DNA of 64,000 nucleotides. Source: Pristiophorus japonicus. Its lineage: Eukaryota. This document shows, piece by piece, positions 58,641 to 64,000 of this stretch. The notes beneath the pieces are model-generated. The model was not told the DNA's origin and did not search any database. It worked only from the letters and a program-made list of their open reading frames with translations. The stretch covers positions 235,538,001-235,602,000 of the forward strand of contig NC_091978.1 in assembly GCF_044704955.1 (NCBI RefSeq). The letters are read 5' to 3'. The position numbers and the translations under genes are program-made. Positions within the stretch are counted from its first letter, which is position 1. Every line of letters begins with the position of its first letter.

Positions 58641-61534
58641 CCTATAGTCTGCTCTATGATGTTGCGGGTGGCAGCATGGCTCTCATTGTAGAGTTCCTCC
58701 AGCTCTGTGGGGAATTTGTGGAGGGGAGTCATTAGCCAGGTGGCCAGGCCATATGCCTTGTTCCCGAGCAGACAGCTTCGGCCTTCCCGTGGTGGCTGAA
58801 ATAGTCGAATCACAGTGCTCTCCTGGAGGATAAACGCATCATGTGTGCTTCCAGGATAGCGAGCAGTGACTGCAAGGATGAGCTGCGTGTGGTCGCACAC
58901 CAGCTGCACATTTAGGGAGTGGGTTCCCTTTCTGTTTCTGAAGATCTCTGCATTCTGAAATGGTGCTCGCAAGGCCACATGCATGCAGTCAATTCACCTT
59001 ACACCCTCGGGAAGCCCGCTATCCTGGCAAACCCACATGTGCGCTCATCCTGTTTCTCCTTGGTCATCGGGAAGGCAATGAAGTCCATTCTACATCTGTA
59101 GAGAGCCTGTGTGACATCGCGGATGCAGCGATGTGCAGCGAATTGTGAGACGTTGCATATGTCTCCTGATGCAGCCTGGAAGGAGCTGGAGGCATAGAAG
59201 GTGAGTGCCACCATGACCTTCACTACGATGGGCAGCGCTTCGCAGGTCTTCCTGCAAGAGATGGCATATCTCTGTAATTACCTGCTTTCGGAAGCGCAGC
59301 CTTCTGACACACTGCTCCTCAGAGAGGTCCAGGTATGAGCGTTGCCTCCGTTAAAGCCGTGGGGGTAAGGCCTCTTGCGCCGACCTCTAGGGGCTCTCCA
59401 CCTTCAGCCGCCAACATGGCTTTCTCTCTTCACGACGCCTTGCTAGAGTATTTAAAATGCGACTCTGCTGGCATAGTAATGCACCCATTAAAGTTTTCAA
59501 AATGACTTTTTCTCAAGCTGAACTGTTATGTCTGTCTGCCACTGCAAACTCGGAGGCTCACGTACCATGCTCTATGTAAACATTGCACTGACTGTGACCT
59601 TCGAGGGAAGTGCTTTCTCATCCCTTTAAGTAGCCACCAGTTAATGACTCTGGAAGTCTGCACTGACTGTTTTTTCAGACATGATTATTGGCGGTCGCTA
59701 AGTGAGGCGGCTGCACCTAATTTAGTGAGCATGGGAACTGCACCAGGACTGACGTTATGATCGGACTGATAGTTAGCAACCAGGCGCGAACGTTTTGTGC
59801 TCCCGGTAAACCTCTACTGAATTTTCCATCGGGGCGCTAAAAGCTGCATGCCCGGTCGGTAAGCTATTACGCTTGCATTAATGCAATAGCTTTGGCTGCT
59901 AACTGAGGCCATAAACTACCGAACATCCAGCCCTATATACCAGACAAAAAACATTTCCTAATAATCAGCTGCAGATCAATTTGTTATAAATCTGATGTAA
60001 TATCAAAGTTGTTAATCCTCATGTGGGAATGTTGGTTTGTATGAGGAACAGGAAGCCCACTGATGTCTGGGTGGAAAAGTGCTGCAAGCACAAAAGATAA
60101 CCAAAAATTAAATTAAGTCCCATTTAAAACAAACATCACAGACCACAGATAGCAAAGGCATGATTTCAAGGCAGTGATCAGCTTTAGTATTCAGCTGACA
60201 GTTAGAAACCAAATGACATTATTTGAACTGAATTAGACAATTGGCCTTTATTAACTCCCAGGAATCCAGTCTCACAATAAACTAGATGATACTACTATTT
60301 GATTGCCCCAAAGATGTGTATTTTAAAATGTGTAATGGACATATGAAGCTTCTGTTTAAAAATATTTTTTATAAATATGAAAATAGCTACAATGTTACTT
60401 CATAATATTTACATTCTTTACTACAAGAACCACCAAACATTATTTGAAATACCTGCTTCTGTCACAAGTGAGAAAAAATGTTCAGAAAGTGGAAGGCTAT
60501 GCACAAACCCGCATTACTAAACATTACATAAAAGTGTTTCCACTGCTGTTGATGGCAGAGGATTTCAATAGGCCAACACATCAACTTTAAAACGGCACTG
60601 TAGAGTATATGTTATTTTAGTGGGTGGTCTTAGGTATCCTTATTGAAAAAACATTAACTTCTATTATGTGAACTGAAAGATACAGCGTGAAAGAAAATGT
60701 ATTTGGGGTTTATAACACAGGTGCACTGTCTGGGTTTGTTGAAATGCTGAAACATCTGCACAGCTTACATTACATTTCTCTTTCTCCCCCTGCCACCTGA
60801 TCCAAAGCAGCAGGACATCTCTTCTTAAGTGAGGTTATTTGCATTTGCTGTAAAAACATTGTCATAGACTTAGCTAAATCTATAACATACAATGGTCATT
60901 AAACAATCAATCAAGTCCCTCTTCCTTACAGATAAAAAATTTAAAGTTCATCATCACGAGCAGTCACACACTTATATGCAACTGCAGTGTATAAATATGA
61001 GAGTAGCATGGATTTAAATGGAGTTTTAGCACAAAGACTCCTTTCTGCAGTATATTCTCTTTCCCACCATAGCATATATAAAGTAATTTGCATTACCTTC
61101 TACTACTTTACTCATCACATCCTTGGAAATGTTTTCTGCGTGAAGACAGAGTTCAGGTTTTCAAGTTCACTGCCTGAGCAGTAACTTGGCAGAGTGAATT
61201 GTCAACCCATTGTAGAACCCCCACTTTAATCCCATTGAAATCAATGTGATGCAGCAAGACAAGTTCTACAAAGGGCAGGTGAGCAATCCGCTCCATCAGG
61301 TTACCACCTGCGCAGTAAAGGTGAAAATGACTCTCAGTGCTTTTGTATATCATCAGTAATTTCTGTGGAGGTTCTTTTGGTGAACAATTGTCAGAAATTC
61401 TGAGAGAGGATTGTTTACGTTGTTTCTCTGGGATTTCCACCAATCTTCTACCAAATTTACAGTGGACGAATGATGAATGCCTGCAGAAATTCTATGCTTA
61501 TAATAAAACCTATTTTCCTTCATATTTATAACTC

Positions 61535-61992
61535 AAGAAAGATTGACATTTATATAGCCCCTTTCATGATTACCGGATGTCCCAGAGCGTGTTACAGCCA
61601 ATGAAGTACATTTTTTAAGTGTAGTCACTGTTGTAATGTAAGAAATGCGACAGCCAAATTGCACACAGCAAGCTCCCACAGACAGCAAGGTGAGAATGAC
61701 CAGATAATCTGCTTTAGTGATGTTGGTTGAGGGATAAATTGGCCAGGATACTGGGAATAACTACCCTGCTCTTCTTCGAAATAGTGTCATGGGATCTTTT
61801 GCGTCCAACTGAGACAGGGCCTCGGTTTAGCGTCTCATCCGAAAGACAGCCACTCCAACAATGCAGCGCTCCCTCAGCACTGCACAGGATTGTCAGCCCA
61901 GACTTTTGCACTCAAGTCCTGGAGTGGGACTTGAACCCACAACCTTCTGAATCAGAGGCGAGGGTGCTACCAACTGAGCCACTGGCTGACAC
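61535..61992 (-). mobile_element. Full-length tRNA-derived DeuSINE (SacSINE1/AmnSINE-like)
   Basis: A box TGGCTCAGTTGG, B box GGTTCAAGTCCC, central CTTTCGGATGAGACG.TAAACCGAGGCCC..AAAGATCCCATG block, L2-like tail GCTATATAAATG. Confidence 0.88.
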
Positions 61993-62130
61993 TTGCATAT
62001 GTCCAGTCTGTTATTATACTGTAATATTCATGTTTTGCCCTTGTTAGACTTTTTAAAGTCATGAAACTTTTTTGAGCTTCTTGTCAATTCCTCACAATGA
62101 TCAACACTGTGCCTGCTCCTGGCTTCCTAA

Positions 62131-64000
62131 ATTCAACATTTAGGAAGGATAGGCAGAGAAGAAAAGGAGGCAGGGTGGTGTTGCTGGTTAAAGAGGAAAT
62201 TAATGCAATAATAAGGAGGGACATTAGCGTGGATGATGTGGAATCGGTATGGGTGGAGCTCCGGAATATCAAAGGGCAGAAAACGTTAGTGGAAGTTGTG
62301 TACAGACCACCAAACAGTAGTACTGAGGTTGGGGACAGCATCAAACAAGAAATAAGGGATGTGTGCAATAAAGGTACAGCAGTTATTATGGGTGACTTTA
62401 ATCTACATATTGATTGGGCTAACCAAACTGGTAGCAATACAGTCGAGGAGGATTTCCTGGAGTGTATTAGGGATGGTTTTCTAGACCAATATATCGAGGA
62501 ACCAACGAGAGAGTTGGCCATCCGAGACTGGGTGATGTGTAATGAGAAGGGACTAATTAGCAATCTTGTAGTGCGAGGCCTCTTGGGGAAGAGTGATCAT
62601 AATATGGTAGAATTCTTTATTAAGATGGAGAGTGACACAGTTAATTTGGAAACTAGGGTCCTGAATTTAAGGAAAGGTAACTTCGACGGTATGAGGTGTG
62701 AATTGGCTAGAATAGATGGGCAAAGGATACTTAAAGGGTTGACGTTGGATAAGCAATGGCAAACATTTAAATATCACATGGATGAACTTCAACAATTGTT
62801 AATCCCTGTCTGGATTAAAAATAAAACGGGGAAGGTGGCTCAATCAAGGCGAACAAGGGAAATTAAGAATGGTGTTAAAGCCAAGGAAGAGGGATATAAA
62901 TTGGCTAGAAACAGCAACAAACCTGAGGACTGGGGGAAATTTAGAATTCAACAGAGGAGGACTAAGGGTTTAATTAAGAGGGGGAAAATAGAGTATGAGA
63001 GGAAGCTTGCAGGGAACATAAAAACTGACTGCAAAAGCTTCTATAAATATGTGAAGAGAAAAAGATTAGTGAAGACAAACGTAGGTCCCTTGCAGGCAGA
63101 TTCAGGTGAATTTATAATGGGGAACAAAGAAATGGCAGACCAATTGAACAAATATTTCGGTTCTGTCTTCATGAAGGAAGACACAAATAACCTCCGAATG
63201 TACTAGGGGATAGTGGGTCTAGTGAGAAGGAGGAACTGAAGGATATCCTTATTAGGCGGGAAATTGTGTTAGGGAAATTGATGGGATTGAAGGCCGATAA
63301 ATCCCCGGGGCCTGATAGTCTGCATCCCAGAGTACTTACGGAAGTGGTCCTAGAAATAGTGGATGCATTGGTGATCATTTTCCAACAGTCTATCGACTCT
63401 GGATCAGTTCCTATGGACTGGAGGGTAGCTAATGTAACACCACTTTTTAAAAAAGGAGGGAGAGAGAAAACGGATAATTATAGACCGGTTAGCCTGACAT
63501 CAGTAGTGGGGAAAATGTTGGAATCAATCATTAAGGATGAAATAGCAGTGCATTTGGAAAGCAGTGACAGGATCGGACCAAGTCAGCGTGGATTTATGAA
63601 AGGGAAATCATGCTTGACGAATCTTTTGGAATTTTTTGAGGATGTAATTAGCAGAGTGGACAAGGGAGAACCAGTGGATGTGGTGTATTTGGACTTTCAA
63701 AAGGCTTTTGACAAGGTCCCACACAAGAGATTGATGTGCAAAATCAAAGCGCATGGTATTGGGAGTAATGTACTGACGTGGATAGAGAACTGGTTGGCAG
63801 ACAGGAAGCAGGGAGTCGGGATAATCGGGTCCTTTTCAGAATGGCAGGCAGTGACTAGTGGGTTGCCGCAGGGCTCAGTGCTGGGACCCCAGCTATTTAC
63901 AATACACATTAATGATTTAGATGAAGGAATTGATTTTAATATCTCCAAGTTTGCAGATGACACTAAGCTGGGTGGCGGTGTGAGCTGTGAAGGGGACGCT
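62131..64000 (+). mobile_element. CR1 subfamily A ORF2 (endonuclease and RT), runs off the window
   Basis: STFRKDR..MGDFN..SDHN..; frameshift near 63190; [23 protein letters not shown]. Confidence 0.96.

Larger units (their letters stand above)
54889..59488 (-). pseudogene. H6 HARBI1-like transposase split by Gypsy G3
   Basis: ALTFYASSSFQAASGDICNVSQ..AGFPRV; HVALRAP..NRKGTHSLNVQLVCDH..YPGSTHD..ATRNIIEQTIG|G3|VLKQPFRCLDCSGGSLQ. Confidence 0.92.
45151..59933. mobile_element. Harbinger element H6 expanded to about 14.8 kb by nested retroelements
   Basis: TIR-like GGGGTGGAAATTCGG and CCGAACATCCAGCCC; Myb gene (+) and transposase (-) continue across the insertions; TSD not conserved. Confidence 0.82.

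Overview
Eukaryotic, transposon-dominated DNA with no host gene I can identify. The repeat repertoire (CR1 LINEs with (TTTCTATG)n tails, L2 with (TTG)n tails, RTE, a DeuSINE/SacSINE1-like SINE, many Harbinger elements) suggests a cartilaginous fish; this is an inference. Contents: about 10 CR1 pieces, including one near-full-length chimeric copy with an SGNH-esterase ORF1; three L2 3' ends; three RTE-related pieces; at least six degenerate two-gene PIF/Harbinger elements (Myb/SANT gene on +, HARBI1-like DDE transposase on -); a nest of four Harbinger-type MITEs; and three Ty3/Gypsy LTR elements with LTRs, PBS, PPT and 5-bp TSDs. Most interesting observations: (1) a U2-snRNA-headed retroposon (full U2, second partial U2, hairpin, A-rich tail, short TSD) inserted into a Gypsy pol, a candidate SINEU-like family; (2) a non-autonomous Gypsy whose RT-RH-IN is replaced by an in-frame unknown extension of about 400 codons; (3) CTCF consensus motifs in the LTRs of all three Gypsy elements; (4) an in-phase U-UUA-AAC slippery heptamer at the CR1 ORF1/ORF2 overlap; (5) an ORF1-swapped chimeric CR1; (6) an RTE with a twin-priming-type 5' inversion; (7) a covarying long hairpin in two related MITEs. 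Coordinates were read by eye and may be off by a few bases where elements are decayed.
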